This document shows, piece after piece, positions 52,106-64,000 of a stretch of 64,000 nt of DNA. A program made the position numbers and the translations under genes. The notes below the pieces were generated by a model. The model made no database searches and was not told where the DNA came from. It saw nothing but the letters and a program-made list of their open reading frames with translations. Each line of letters opens with the position of its first letter. Within the stretch, counting starts at the first letter, position 1. This DNA comes from Puccinia triticina (taxonomy: Eukaryota): NCBI GenBank assembly GCA_026914245.1, contig CP110439.1, positions 7,998,001 through 8,062,000 on the forward strand, read 5' to 3'.

Positions 52106-53632
52106 GGGCCTGTACCATAGCCGGGAAAAAAACAGTTTTTCCCCCGGAAATTAATTTATTTGCAAAAAAACTGTTTTCACCAAAAAACATGTACCACAGC
52201 GCCTGTTTTTTGACATATCCGGAAAATAGTTTTCCTCAAAAATGGGTGCTTTTCAAAAACAGGTCTGACCCTGTTTTTTGGAAGCTATTTTTCCACTTCT
52301 CTGCACTGCACCAACATCCAAGCAGCATGCCCAAGTCCATCGACAATCTCATTGACCCTGTTGTCCTAATGGACACCATCCCACCACCCACATCGGAACC
52401 CAACCTGCCAACAACGCCTGCTCCGATGCCTCAATCCAAGAAATTCAAGCCCAATAAAGTCGTCCGTACTCGAGAACAACGGCTATTAATAGGAGTACAC
52501 TCCCTCCTTGATGCCCGGTCCGTACCTGCCATCAAAAGTCACTCGCCCAATTCTTGATGACCGGCTTGTTCCAATCCTTGAGAGGAGTATGTACTTCCCA
52601 AGATGACCAGAACGAGCCGGTCATCAAGAGGAAGATGTACTGATCAAGATGACCGGTTCGTTCCGGTCATCAAGGAAGTATGCACTCCTCCCGATGACCG
52701 GAACGAACCCTTCCCTTGATGACCGGGTTGTTACGGTCATTTGGAGGAGTGCATATTCCCTTGATGACCGGAACGAACTGGTCATCAAGAGGAGTATCCA
52801 CTCCTCTCAATGACCGGTTTGTTGCGGTCATCTTGAGGAGTACATCTTCCACTCGATGACCAGTTCGTTCCGGTCATCAAGGGAGTATGCACTCCTCCCG
52901 ATGGCCGGAACAAACCAGTCATCTAGAGGTAGATATGATGACCGGTTTGTTCCGGTCATCTTGATGAGTACACCCTCTCGACCACCGGTTTGTTCCAGTC
53001 ATCTTGAGGAGTACACCCTCCTCTTGATGACTGGTTCGTTCCGGTCATCGGGAGGAGTGCATACTCCCTTGATGACCGGAACGAACTGGTCATCGAGTGG
53101 AAGATGTACTCCTCAAGATGACCGCAACAAACCGGTCATCGAGAGGAGTGGATCCTCCGGTCATCTTGAGGAGTAGATACTCCTCTTGATGACCAGTTCG
53201 TTCCGGTCATTGAGGGAATATGCACTCCTCCAAATGACCGTAACGACCCGGTCATCGAGGGAAGTGATTACTCCTGCGGTCATCGAGAGGAGTAATCACT
53301 TCCCTGGATGACCGGTTCATTTCGGCCATCTGGAGGAGTAACCAAAGGACATTGAGGGGAGCTCTTGATGATCAAACGGACCTGTCATCAAGGGGAATAG
53401 TCTTGCATCTGATCACATGGTCTTTTTATTGGGTATTGGTCAGCTGGATCTCCGATGATGTCGATGCAATGGTGGTTGATTGTGGATATCCTGGAGCCAT
53501 GGTGGGATGTTTGTGGTACACGTTTTTCACATTCTGTTTTTTCAGAAATGTGTTTTTCAAAAAAACGGAAAAGCGCAAAAAAAAAACTATTTTACCTGCA
53601 CCAAAAAAACAAATTTTGTATGGTACAGGCCC
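52106..53632. mobile_element. Non-autonomous Harbinger-type element with an internal GATGACCGG/CCGGTCATC array
   Basis: TIR GGGCCTGTACCATA; TAA on both sides. Confidence 0.88.
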
Positions 53633-53635
53633 TAA

Positions 53636-54740
53636 GAGCATCCACCACCGTCTCTGTAAACCCGCTTGGTAAGGCAGATTTACAGAGTATGTAAGGGATT
53701 TTACACCCCCGTGCCCTCTTTAGGGCTCTTTAGCTAAATGGTTGTTCGGTAAATCTTTAAGGCCCGCTAGATTTACCCACCGCTAAAGAGCCTCCGTAAG
53801 GACGATTTTGCAGAGCCTACATAATCCTACATAGCTGCATGTGTATAACCCTTACCCCCCCCCCCCCCCTCTGGGCCTCCACCAACAAAAAAAAACTTGG
53901 ATGACCTGTCATCAATAGACTGGCATGTACATAACAACTATCAACAGGAGGACCGGCCATTGAAAGACCGGGCATCAATAGGATGCCAGGGCGTCAATAC
54001 GATGACCAGTCATTGATAGACCGCTCATAACATAACGGTCATTGATACAACGACCGGTCATCAATATATTGGTCAGACCGACTGGTAATCGATAGACCGG
54101 GTATTAATAGGATGCCCGGTCATTGATAGACCGGGCATCAATACGATGACCAGTCATAACAAAACTAGGATGACCGGTCATCGATGTGACTGGTGATCAA
54201 TAGGATGACCGTCATGTTGTTCAATACAGGATGACCGGTCATTGATGTGACCGATACAATGACCGGTCATTGATGTGACCAATACAATGACCGGTCATTG
54301 ATGTGACCAATACAATGACCAGTCATTGATGTGACCGATACAATGACCGGTCATTGCTGTGACCAATACAATGACCGGTCATCGATGCGACCAATAGGAT
54401 GACCGGTCCTCGATGTGACCGATAGGATGACTGGTCATCAATGTGACCGTCGATACAATGACCGGTCATTGATGCGACTGATAGGATGACCGGTCACCAA
54501 TGTGACCAGTAGGATGACAGGTCATGATCAATAGGATGACCATTGTGTGTGTTGCTTAAAGAGGGGTGTACATATTTATGTATGTAGACACCAGGGTGGC
54601 GGTGGTGTCTTTATCTAAATTGGTGTTGTCTACCGAGCCGCTATCTAGCGATGAGGGTGAGTTTTTTCTTTGGCTAAGCAACCGAGCCTCGCGGGACTCG
54701 CTGGCTACCTAAAGATTTACCTAGACGGTGGTGGATGCTC
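53636..54740. mobile_element. Non-autonomous Harbinger-type element with a 29-bp minisatellite (about 54230-54520)
   Basis: Perfect TIR GAGCATCCACCACCGTCT; TAA on both sides. Confidence 0.9.
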
Positions 54741-54743
54741 TAA

Positions 54744-55140
54744 GGCTTTGTTTGGAGCCAATATAAATATAGGTGATATAATCATTGGTTAATTCGTTGG
54801 TTTGCATAATTTTATGCATGCATAAATCATAAAATCATAAAATCTTTTTTGCAGGGGATATGACTGTCTGATTATGTAATACAAAATTTCCTCACCAAAA
54901 TATTCTTATGATTTTATGATTTATGCATGCATAAAATTATGCAAACCAACTTTGAACACCATAAATGGTATTATGGTGCTGAAGATGGCTGAATCAGTTA
55001 AATCTGACTTCATAGTTGATGAGACCAGTACTGTAGGTTTCCTACAAAAAAAATGGATTCTTTATGTTGAGTTTTGTATTTTTTTATTGAATTTACAAAT
55101 GATTATGTCACCTATATTTAGATTGGCTCCAAACGGGGCC
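54744..55140. mobile_element. Family-A MITE containing a truncated family-B MITE
   Basis: Ends match 7865-8249 (GGC...TTTGG and CCAAACGGGGCC); TAA on both sides; 54796-54960 is family B lacking its left TIR. Confidence 0.8.
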
Positions 55141-56494
55141 TAAATAATTATTTAAAAATCAGCAAAATATGTACAAAAAAAACTGAACAGGCAGTTTCAT
55201 TGGCAGTGCTGATGTGCACCCTCACCCAAAATTTTGAGCAAAAAGCTCCAAAACTGATTGAAGGGATCCGTTTTGAAGGTCAAAGGAACCCTGAAGGATA
55301 TTACATTGCTCTGAAGATCCATTTTCGGATTTTCTGATAATATGCACAATTGAGTTTCCTATATGCAACAAAATGCAACACTACATGTGTAGGATCTGCG
55401 GGTTTGCGGATCCAGGATCCACCAGGCATGATGGTTGTGCATCCTTAGTTTACATTTCTTTATGTTTTTTTATTTTTAAACCATTAGTACAGTGCAAATG
55501 GTTTGGATTGAGGAGATGAGACCTGTGCCAAATGAAAGCTGAGGTCCAGAAGTATCTTTTGGCTCTGGGGCAGGTCCACAGGACCTGAGGGGGAGGCTGG
55601 CTGAGGCTTAATATTTTCCCTCCAGCCATTTGTGATTTCTTTCCCAGCCAAAATTTTGACATTACGCGCAAGTCCCTCCCTGCGGGAGGGGCCGCTTCGC
55701 GGCCAGCCACAGCGAGCCTCCCACCAGGGGGGACTTGTGTTAAGTTAGAGCAAACAGCAATAGCAAGAAACCTTGCGGTCAGATAGGCCAAAACTTTTGG
55801 CTGCTGATTTCAGCCTCAAAACCTGTATGTCTCCTGTGTGCCAGGAATGCAATCAGAAGAAAAATCCCAGTTTCTTTGTTTTTAACTTTGGGGCCTCCAG
55901 GGTTGCACCATTGCAATGATTTTATGCCATTCTGGCCCTTTGCCTCACATCCTGCGGCCCCATGGCCGGCCCAGCACCCCCCTTGAGCCAACCCAGCCGT
56001 CCAAAGGGGCTTTGAATGCCTGTACAGTGAAGCTGTACAGGCCTGTGGCTGAAATGCAGAAATCATTTTCAGCTATATAAGGCTGTAGCTTGTAAGCTTT
56101 CTTGCTTCTGCTGTATCAGAATAAAAATTTGGGAAGTGGAGCCTGAAAAATCTCAGGCCGCAATTATAAACATATTTCTGAGATATTTTTGAAAAACAAC
56201 TGAAAACATTTTGAAAATATATATTAAAAGAAATTTCATTTTTTTTTTTCAAAATCATTTAATATTAATTTCAAACCAATGGGTGCAGGTATAAACTCCC
56301 CATGCATCGCGGCCATGAAGCGGGTCAGAGGCCCTAGCCAGTGTTCCATGCACGCGTGCCATGCCCGTTATTGGAAAGGACATGGCTGAATTGTTGCGCC
56401 GGTCATACTGTACAGGCTCAAATACAGCCATACATCTGCTAACTCTTGGGGCTTCGGGGCCTCGGCAGTGCCAGACTCTTCCTGCTGAGAACAG

Positions 56495-57835
56495 ATGACC
56501 TTCTGGCTCAATCGCCAACGCCACGCCACAATGATACCCCTACCACTTATGAACCCAACAAATCAACTGATGGCCATCTGGTTATTGAATCAGCGACCGC
56601 ACGAGGAGATTTATACACGAGCAGCCCGGCAGGCGTATAAGCGACCCCCCCGATGGGAGCCTTGGAACGATCCTCTCATGCCTCACACACGATTCGTCGA
56701 ATACTTCCGCATGCCGTTGGCAGATTTCCAATGGCTGGCCGACAGCTTACGAGATTCATTGCAGCTCGATTGCATGCGGCGAGGAGATCCTCTATCTGTG
56801 GAGGCTCAGGTGGCTGTTGGGCTTTATCGGCTTGGCCACGGCGCCAGTTATGTGACAATTGGCCATGTTTTTAGCATTGGCAAGGAAACCGCCGATAAAG
56901 CTTCTTTGCGGTTTGTGATTGCCGTGCTTGAGAACTTCCGTTTGACTACTGTCTGGTGTGTTCAACTCTACTACTCCTCTCCATTGGGTTTTTCCTGACT
57001 GGCTGACAGCTTGAATTGCAGCTTTCCTGATCTGAACAACAATGCACAATGGGATGAGATCAAGGCTTCATTTGAAGAGAGGCATGGCATCCCCGACATA
57101 GTTGGCGCAATTGACGGGACCCACATCCCTTTGGCAATGCCCGCGGAGGATTGTTGGAAGGGTTACATCAACAGGAAGAGTTGGTTGTCCATTGTCTTCC
57201 AATGTGTCGTAGACGGAGATGGCAACTTCCGTAATGTACATCTACTACATAGTTTCCTTCCACTTCGTCTGTTCCGATTGGCTCACTTTATGATCCCGTG
57301 GAATCAGGTGAGCGGTGGGGCCCCAGGATCGATGCACGATAGCCGGCTTTTTCGGCGTTCACAACTGGGACACAGTCTATCACCAGCTTCGCCGGCCACG
57401 CCAATGATACCGGACGGCTCTTATCTCATAGGGGACGCCGGCTATCCTTCCAACGTAAGGATACTGGTACCGTATCCTTCTCTCGCGCGCGCAGACAATG
57501 TCAAATTCAATTTCATCCACTCTTCAACAAGGATGGTCGTGGAACGTGCCTTTGGGCAGCTGAAGAATTGATTCCGGATCCTCTTAACTGCGCAGAAGGC
57601 CAGGCCCCTCCGAGCAAGGAACAACACCTTTGCGTGTATGGTCCTTCACAACCTCCTTCAAAAGAGGGGATCCCTCTATCTTCAAATTTGGGACCAAAGG
57701 AGCAGTAATGAAGGGTTTTTTAACAAGGTCCCGGCGGCCAATGCCCACGCAGGGGACCGACCTGGGAATAACCCAATTCCTCAAGTTGAACACATGAACT
57801 CAATCCGGGATAGGCTCCGGAGTCATTTAGTGTAG
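56495..57835 (+). pseudogene. Harbinger DDE transposase (3 exons: 56495-56955, 57022-57235, 57308-57835) with a single premature stop
   Basis: FVEYFRM, LSVEAQVAVGLYRL, GAIDGTH, PGSMHDSRLF, GDAGYP, VVERAFGQLKN*FRIL, CMVLHNLL. The TGA at 57569 replaces the conserved Arg. Confidence 0.92.
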
Positions 57836-57892
57836 CTAGCTTGTTTAATTTGACCTAGCTTATAAATCAGGAGATAGTATTAAGTAATATTG

Positions 57893-58483
57893 CTATTCTT
57901 GATGTGGCTGCTGAGCCGCTGCGTCCAATGCCTCCGCGGCTTCCCAAGCCTCGGCTTTGGCTAATGCATCTCCTGTTTGCCATGCCCCCGCGGCGTCCAT
58001 GGCAAGGCGGATACGGCACATCGCAAGACGTGATGCCCTCTGCACGTCATCTGGGCTGTTGTAATCGTCCAATGAGACCGTGGAATGGCAGGATGACATG
58101 GGCTCACTGATGCCCCATGCTGTTTCAGAGGAGTATACCGCGGTGGACTCTTCATTCCCCTCCGACGAGACCAGGACGGGGCTGCTGACAGGTTGGTTAT
58201 TCTAGCCATGTTTACCATGGTCAGTTATAGCATCCTTGGTGCCCAGCGCCAGAATATTGTTGCTAACCTGTTCAAATATGGTCCCATTATCATCCCCCTG
58301 TTGGCGACGGGGACCTTCGCCAACATCTACTGATGTGGCTAGCTCGGTTGTGACCAGGACTTGCATGTGAAGTGCTATCGTCTCCTGCTCATTGGAATCT
58401 GGGATGCTAGGGTCGTTGGCCGGGTCAAATGGCTGGGAGCTAGAGGCCTGGGAAGGACCAGTGGTGTCCTTTGTGTCGCCCAT
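57893..58483 (-). CDS. Small hypothetical cargo gene inside the Harbinger (probably spliced)
   Basis: Consecutive minus-strand ORFs (MGDTKDTTG..., ...RRGMKSPPRYTP, ...AEAWEAAEALDAAAQ). No family recognised. Confidence 0.35.
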
Positions 58484-58713
58484 GCCTGTGGATGATCCCT
58501 TTGCGGCGTCCTTGTGAGTTTAGCGGCTGGGCGTCAATCCTAGTAGAATCGGATGAAACTCGGGATGACACGTGGCCCACAGTTTGGGTGGATCCGGACT
58601 CCCCAAGCTAGAAGGCCTCATCCGGGATCTCCCTCATCCACCTATTCCCATCCCTCCGGTCAATAGTCTGCAATTTTTCACCCACACAACACATCAACTG
58701 GAACAAGCCATAA

Positions 58714-59271
58714 AATGACAACAGTTTGAGGAACCTCGTGGAGCTCTGACGGGGTCAACGGTGGGCCTCCTTCAATGACCATACTCCTTGATTGAATGTC
58801 CACGGGAGACAATTATCGGCGCTGGCACGGATTAGAATTGCAGGCTGCCAAACGCGCGGTGTCCAAGGAGATCCTCAGCGAGATGGCCGTCTACGGGATT
58901 AACAATTGCAAGGCAACAGGTCAGCCCTCCGAGTTATCTGTTCATTTGCATCTTCCTCCGCTGACGCACTAACCCCCAATGTAGAGATATGCCTTTGGAT
59001 ATTCTTCCTCGAGAAATCCTACAAGGAAGCCGCCGCTTTCCGCTGGGCTTCAGCAGGCTCCCTTTGGGGCATTGATCCGTTAGGAAGGCGAGTCTCCGTT
59101 GACAGTAATTGATTGCGACTGATCTTGGCAGATATCATATATACTTGTGCACCTTGTTTCCTGACTATGCCTCTCACCATCTACACAGCTCACACCCGGC
59201 GCATTTGCAAGCAATGGGCCCGACTTGACCCAATCTTGGCACCATACGAGGCCATCTTAATTGAGGATTGA
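58714..59271 (+). pseudogene. Second small Myb/SANT-like gene inside the Harbinger, decayed
   Basis: MTTV*GTSWSSDGVNGGPPSMTILLD*MSTGDNYRRWHG...EILSEMAVYGIN / ...LEKSYKEAA / ...ICKQWARLDPIL resembles the WxxDG..ILLDW..NYxRW helical family. Two stops and two probable introns. Confidence 0.6.
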
Positions 59272-59550
59272 GTCACATAATCAATACCATATATTTTTAC
59301 CACATATTCTGAATAGAGACATAGTCCAAGCCAGTTAAAAGGAAATCACATATGTTATTTGAGCCAACGTAATATGAATAGAGACTTGGTCCAAACATAG
59401 TAATGAAGCCAAGAAGCCAATCACTTTGGTGAACAATATAATGAGAGAAAGCATGCGCTTCAGAGCGGGACACTAAGAAACAATATAAGGAGAGAAAGGA
59501 TGCGCTTCAGAGGGGGACACTAAGAGGGCTTCAGAGCAGAACAGTAAGAT

Positions 59551-61351
59551 CTAGTTATTTTTGTTGAGATTGCCAAGCATTGTCAACGTCGCAGTCTCAA
59601 AGAGCTGGCGGTATTTCTCCTGTGCAGCCCGATCGGCTGCCATACGCTCCTAAGCGGCCTCATACCTGCGTGCATCCTCACGCGCACGACAATTGTCTTC
59701 TTGGGCCTGAGCTCGTTGTTTGGCGAGCTCGCGTTCCAACATCAGATGGCCCTCAGCGATCGCCCGTGCGGCCTGTGCATCCTGGAGAGCCGCCGCCCGT
59801 GTGGCTTCCTTCTGATCCTCGCGCTTCTTGGCGTGTGCACGTTCATCGGCCCGCAACTCGTCCTGTCGGCGGCGATCCTCGTCCTGTTGTCGTCGATCCT
59901 CCATCATCCATAGACTCGTGGTCTCCTGTGACTTCTGCATCATCATGAGCACCCCGGCTGAAGTAGTATCATCTGGCTTGACTACCTCGGTGCGCCCGCG
60001 GCGTCGTGCGGATAATTCAACCGATCTTGGGGGCTGCGGAGCCGGCGGCATTGGGAAGCTTGTTGGGGTGCGGGTCGGCGGCTGAGTCAAAGGGATTGGC
60101 GGGATCATCCCCGCAGGGTGATTCAATGCCGGAGACACAGTTGGATTTGGGGCGTCACGATCTGTGTCGGAAGGCGGGTCGAGGGCCAATTCGGCCTTGG
60201 TCAACCCTGCCTCGCCTGGGCGGTCCCGGGCGGCGTCCACGGCATCGAAGTGGTTGTTTGGTTCCTCCCAGCCCCCTCAGGGCCTATGTCAGCGACCAAC
60301 CCCGCCATGTTGCTGTTGATCTCTTCATGGCCGTAAGCGACTGTGGCCGCGTTGTCCCCATGCATTGCGGAGATGTAGCGCCAATACTGGAAAGAATGGT
60401 TTGATTGGCCACGCATACCATACAATTCTTGAGCACCCCAAAGACTTACCGATTCAGGAAAGCTCTTGAGAGTAAGGACTACATAGAGTCCTCCACTGCC
60501 CGAATGGGAGAGAAGGTCGTACACTTCCTAAAAGTGCGACCCGGCCAAGAGACCATCAGCATCCATCTACACGGATAACAGAGCTGCCAACTTACTTTCC
60601 AAACTCCCATAACAACACGGTAATGCCGGACCAGGCTGTCCTTAACCCGGTCGGCTATCAAGGGATTAGCGTTGCGGGCCGGAGTGGATTGATTGTAGTA
60701 GGTGACCCAGTTCATGTAGCCGGGACGGACACGCTCGAGCTCGTCAAACTCGGTTTTGACCTTGTTGTACCACTGCAATAGTTCCAAAGTTGCCTCCTCC
60801 GTCCACAGAACCCGAGGCGTGGGCGGAGGCGTATCTGCCGCTATGACGGCCGCGCGAGCTCCCTTGTGTAGGTTCTTGAGGCGCACCGCTTCCAGCCGCT
60901 CAGCCGTGATCCTGGCCCGATCGGCCTGCTTTTGAGCCTTGAGGGCCTCAGCCGTGTTGATTTCCACCCGGGTGCGGTTCTGCCGGCGAGTTGGCCGGTG
61001 AGTCGACGTTGATACCACCCGGGCTTTGGCTCTAGATCCCCTTCCACGGGTTCCGGTTCCGTGCCCACGTACAAAAGAATTGGTGGGGCTGATACCAGGT
61101 CGCAAACCCGAGGACGCCTGCGCAGATTGCCTAACGGGGTTGTCGATTGAGGCCGCCAAAGATCCCGGCGTCTGGTGCAATACGACCGGGGAATGGGGAT
61201 TGAGTGGCGTGTGCTGACCACGGTTTGGCAAATTCTGATCGCCGTCCTGAGGAGAGTTTGGATTCTCGAGAGGGGCGCCTCCTGATAATAGGGCAGGATC
61301 AAGGCCATAAGCGGCAGACCCTTCAATCTCATGATGATGCTGATTGGACAT
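59551..61351 (-). pseudogene. Harbinger ORF1 (Myb/SANT-like plus coiled coil)
   Basis: WTEEATLELLQWY...LVRHYRVVMGVWK motif, Pro-rich linker and E/R/A coiled-coil tail. A premature TAG at 59650 has an in-frame continuation to 59551. Confidence 0.75.
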
Positions 61352-61831
61352 GGTAGTTGGGGGTGCACAGTGGTTGTTGGATGGTGGAGCAGAGCGTAGA
61401 TGGCCTGGTGGATGGTGGATGGGGGAGCAGCGTGGAGATAGCTTCGGTGGGCGGTTCCTTTTCATCTACATAGTGCCAACCTCCGCCGTCGCAATACATG
61501 ATATTCCCAATGACCTGCCTGCCCACGGTAAAGATGTACAGTTGACCTGTACTCATAAATGACTTTTGGGAATTTAAAAGTTCAAACGCCCCTTGTGCAG
61601 GTCTTGAGATATTTTGTAGTATTTTTGAAACAAAATACATTTCAGAAAATGTTGGATCGAACTTTGGGGCAAGTTCAAATACTTTTCAAAAATATCTCAA
61701 ATACGTGTTTATAATTGCGGCCTCAAAGAACTGGAAGGTAGAATTGCATAAGAGACTAATCCACTTGTAATTACAATTGAGCTCTTTTAGAGATAAGAGA
61801 GTAGATACATCTTATTACCTGGAAGCAGGCT

Positions 61832-62571
61832 CAACAATGGGCCTTTACTATACAGATATTGGTATAGTATAGTTATTGTATTTTTTTTGGTCCAATAACA
61901 GTACTGTTATTTCCATTTTTCCGTAATGAAATTTTAATACTATATCCAATTGCATGAGGATTTTTCTTTTTTTTTGAAAATACTATATCCAAATGAAGGT
62001 AGAAACAAAAAAATCTCAATACTATACTGGCCAGATGTGGCCAGTACCACTACTCAGTAGGGATTAAAATCTATCTATTTCTTGGGCTTGGGGATCAGAG
62101 CACCCAAAGCCTTTCCAGCCTCAGCAAAGTCCCCTGAAAGGGAAAAATCCTCACAATGCCACATAAGGCTGCTGAAGGATTTTGAAGTAGTTGAAGGGAA
62201 CAGACAACCATGTCTGGAGCCACAGAGAACAATCTCTCAACAGAACAAGACCTAACTGGTGGTCCTAAATAAGCCCTTGCTATTGCCGCAAGGACCAGGT
62301 AGGTGGCATGGTTCACCTGTACAATCATCAGGAGCCCACATGTCATTGCCTTATGTTTACACCTGGTTAAGCGCGTTATCGCGGTAACCAGGGGCAAAAA
62401 AAGTTACTATACCTGTATTTTTTGTTTCAGAGAAAAACCACAGAATACTATATGGGCCAATTGCAGCAAGGGCCAATACTAGTACAGTTATTAGTATAGG
62501 TTGGTACAACCAGACCTATACAATAACAGAAAGGCCTGGCTATAGTAGAGTATACTATAGGCCCATTGTTG
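61832..62571 (-). mobile_element. Deleted CAAC-type hAT element retaining a transposase C-terminal remnant
   Basis: TIR CAACAATGGGCCT; 7-bp TSD GCAGGCT; ATYLVLAAIARAYLG...SCSVERLFS resembles the C-terminus of the 8966-11938 transposase; ATACTAT repeats. Confidence 0.88.
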
Positions 62572-63206
62572 GCAGGCTGAAGGCTGCTGACTTGAGATAG
62601 AGTTTTAGCAACTGTTATTCTGTGGTGCTGCAGCCGTTCTATTGATTTTTTGGCTTATTGTCAGCATCTACTCTTTTTCATCTGAAGTTCAAGCTAGCTC
62701 TGCTTACTGGGCCAGGATTGTTTCCTCTTTTTGACCTAGCTTAGGTGCAACACCAGGACCTTACCACCAAGATTTTCTGTTAATCAGTTTTGGTGGTGTT
62801 AGTCCTGCTTGTGTGCTTTTTTTCCTAGCTGAGAGGACTTGGCATCTCACCTCCTTTTATTCCTTTCTGGTTTGAGGTCAGGTGTTTGACATGTTAAAGC
62901 GGGGACAAGCATTTAGATTTTTCCTTGTTGGTTAGCTGTTCAGAAACTCAAGTACTCACCTGAGGTGTTTATCAAGATTCTGTCCAGTAACAACAATTGA
63001 CAGAGGTTTTATATTTTATCCATCTTGCTGCTTGTGTTGTTGGTACCTACATTCACCAAATAGGTGCTATCAGTTTCTCCAACTTCACGAGTGGCTTGGG
63101 CTGCGGGAAAGGGTTCACTTTGCTTACCTAACTCCACAGCTTCTGAGTTTTGCGGCACCCTCCTCAGCTTATGAGCAGGGGGCCGGTCTCCAGGGCCTGT
63201 ATTCTG

Positions 63207-63337
63207 ACAGAGCCTACCTTCTTGCCTATTCTTACAGAGCCTACCTTCTTGTCTATTATTACAGAGCCTACCTTCTTGCCTATTATTACAGAGCCTAACT
63301 TCTTGCCTATTCTTAAAGAGCCTACCTTCTTGCCTAC
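63207..63337. repeat. About five copies of a 27-bp minisatellite
   Basis: CAGAGCCTACCTTCTTGCCTATT(A/C)TTA repeated in tandem. Confidence 0.85.
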
Positions 63338-64000
63338 TAAAGAAAGCTATGTCAAAAGTGGCAATATTGAGATTTCTATGTGTGTTTCAAGAAACCCATT
63401 TTTTATTCTCTAGAGGGGCTTTGAGGGTTGTGAAAGGGGTGTGATGGTGGTCCGCCCCTACAATCAATCTGTAATTCCTGTGACATATTGGCCAAATTTA
63501 CCAGTGATACGTGATTTCAACCTGATTGATGCCTTTTTTTAAAAAAAATCAACAAGTTCAGAATATGTGGTAGATCATCAGGATTACAAGGTGACATTGG
63601 ATTCTCAAATTTTGGAGAGGTTGAGTGTCATCTGAGGGGTTTTATGGCCTTTCCAGCCATTTTGCTGGTGCTGCTCACACAAGAACCCCAACATTGCTTG
63701 CAAGTCCCTCCCTGGCGGTAAGGTGCTTACACCTTGTGAGCACGGGAGGGACTTTCTTTAATTTTTGTGATGAATGATCCTTGAAAAAGTGATGAAAAGA
63801 CATCTTCTGCAGAAGTTTCAAGACCATACTTGTATCTTCAATGTGTTTCAAGCCGTTTAGGCTCCAACATGTTTTGTCCACTCAAGCTCACTGAAACCTA
63901 CTGAACCTGAATCCCAGGACATTTAGAATTATGGCACTGCTGAAATTTAGTCAACATCACCAGCCAATTCTGTCTGCCAGCAGGACCCTAAATGTGGGGA

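Larger units (their letters stand above)
56156..61722. mobile_element. Near-complete PIF/Harbinger transposon (5567 bp) with four genes
   Basis: TIR GGCCGCAATTATAAACA, extending imperfectly to TGAGATATTTTTGAAAA; TSD TCA on both sides; convergent transposase and ORF1. Confidence 0.92.

Noticed and set aside
52555..54545. CRISPR-like array of palindromic repeats
   Set aside because: The spacers are related to each other rather than unique, there are no cas genes, the context is eukaryotic, and the arrays lie inside TIR-bounded elements.
62580..64000. Possible LTR retrotransposon remnant
   Set aside because: No recognisable domain, LTR pair or TSD within the window.

Overview
Eukaryotic fungal DNA. 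The intron style, gene content and transposon families indicate a rust fungus (Pucciniales, Puccinia-like); this assignment is inference. Six intron-containing host genes are supported: SPO7-like, a rust-specific Cys-rich protein, an APC amino-acid permease, NUP82-like, deoxyhypusine hydroxylase and MRT4. There is also an intron-containing tRNA-Gly(TCC). Most of the remainder is nested DNA transposons. Highlights: (1) a 12.3-kb PIF/Harbinger element (1504-13759) carries a decayed TET/JBP-like 2OG-Fe(II) dioxygenase gene between its Myb-like ORF and its transposase, and that transposase is split by an apparently intact 915-aa hAT element; (2) a second Harbinger (56156-61722) has two extra genes in the same central slot; (3) a CAAC-terminal hAT family consistently makes 7-bp TSDs and left an excision-type footprint; (4) a deep nest of elements spans about 17-26 kb; (5) three Harbinger-type elements form a head-to-tail chain sharing TAA sites beside the tRNA. 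All calls were made by eye, with no database searches.
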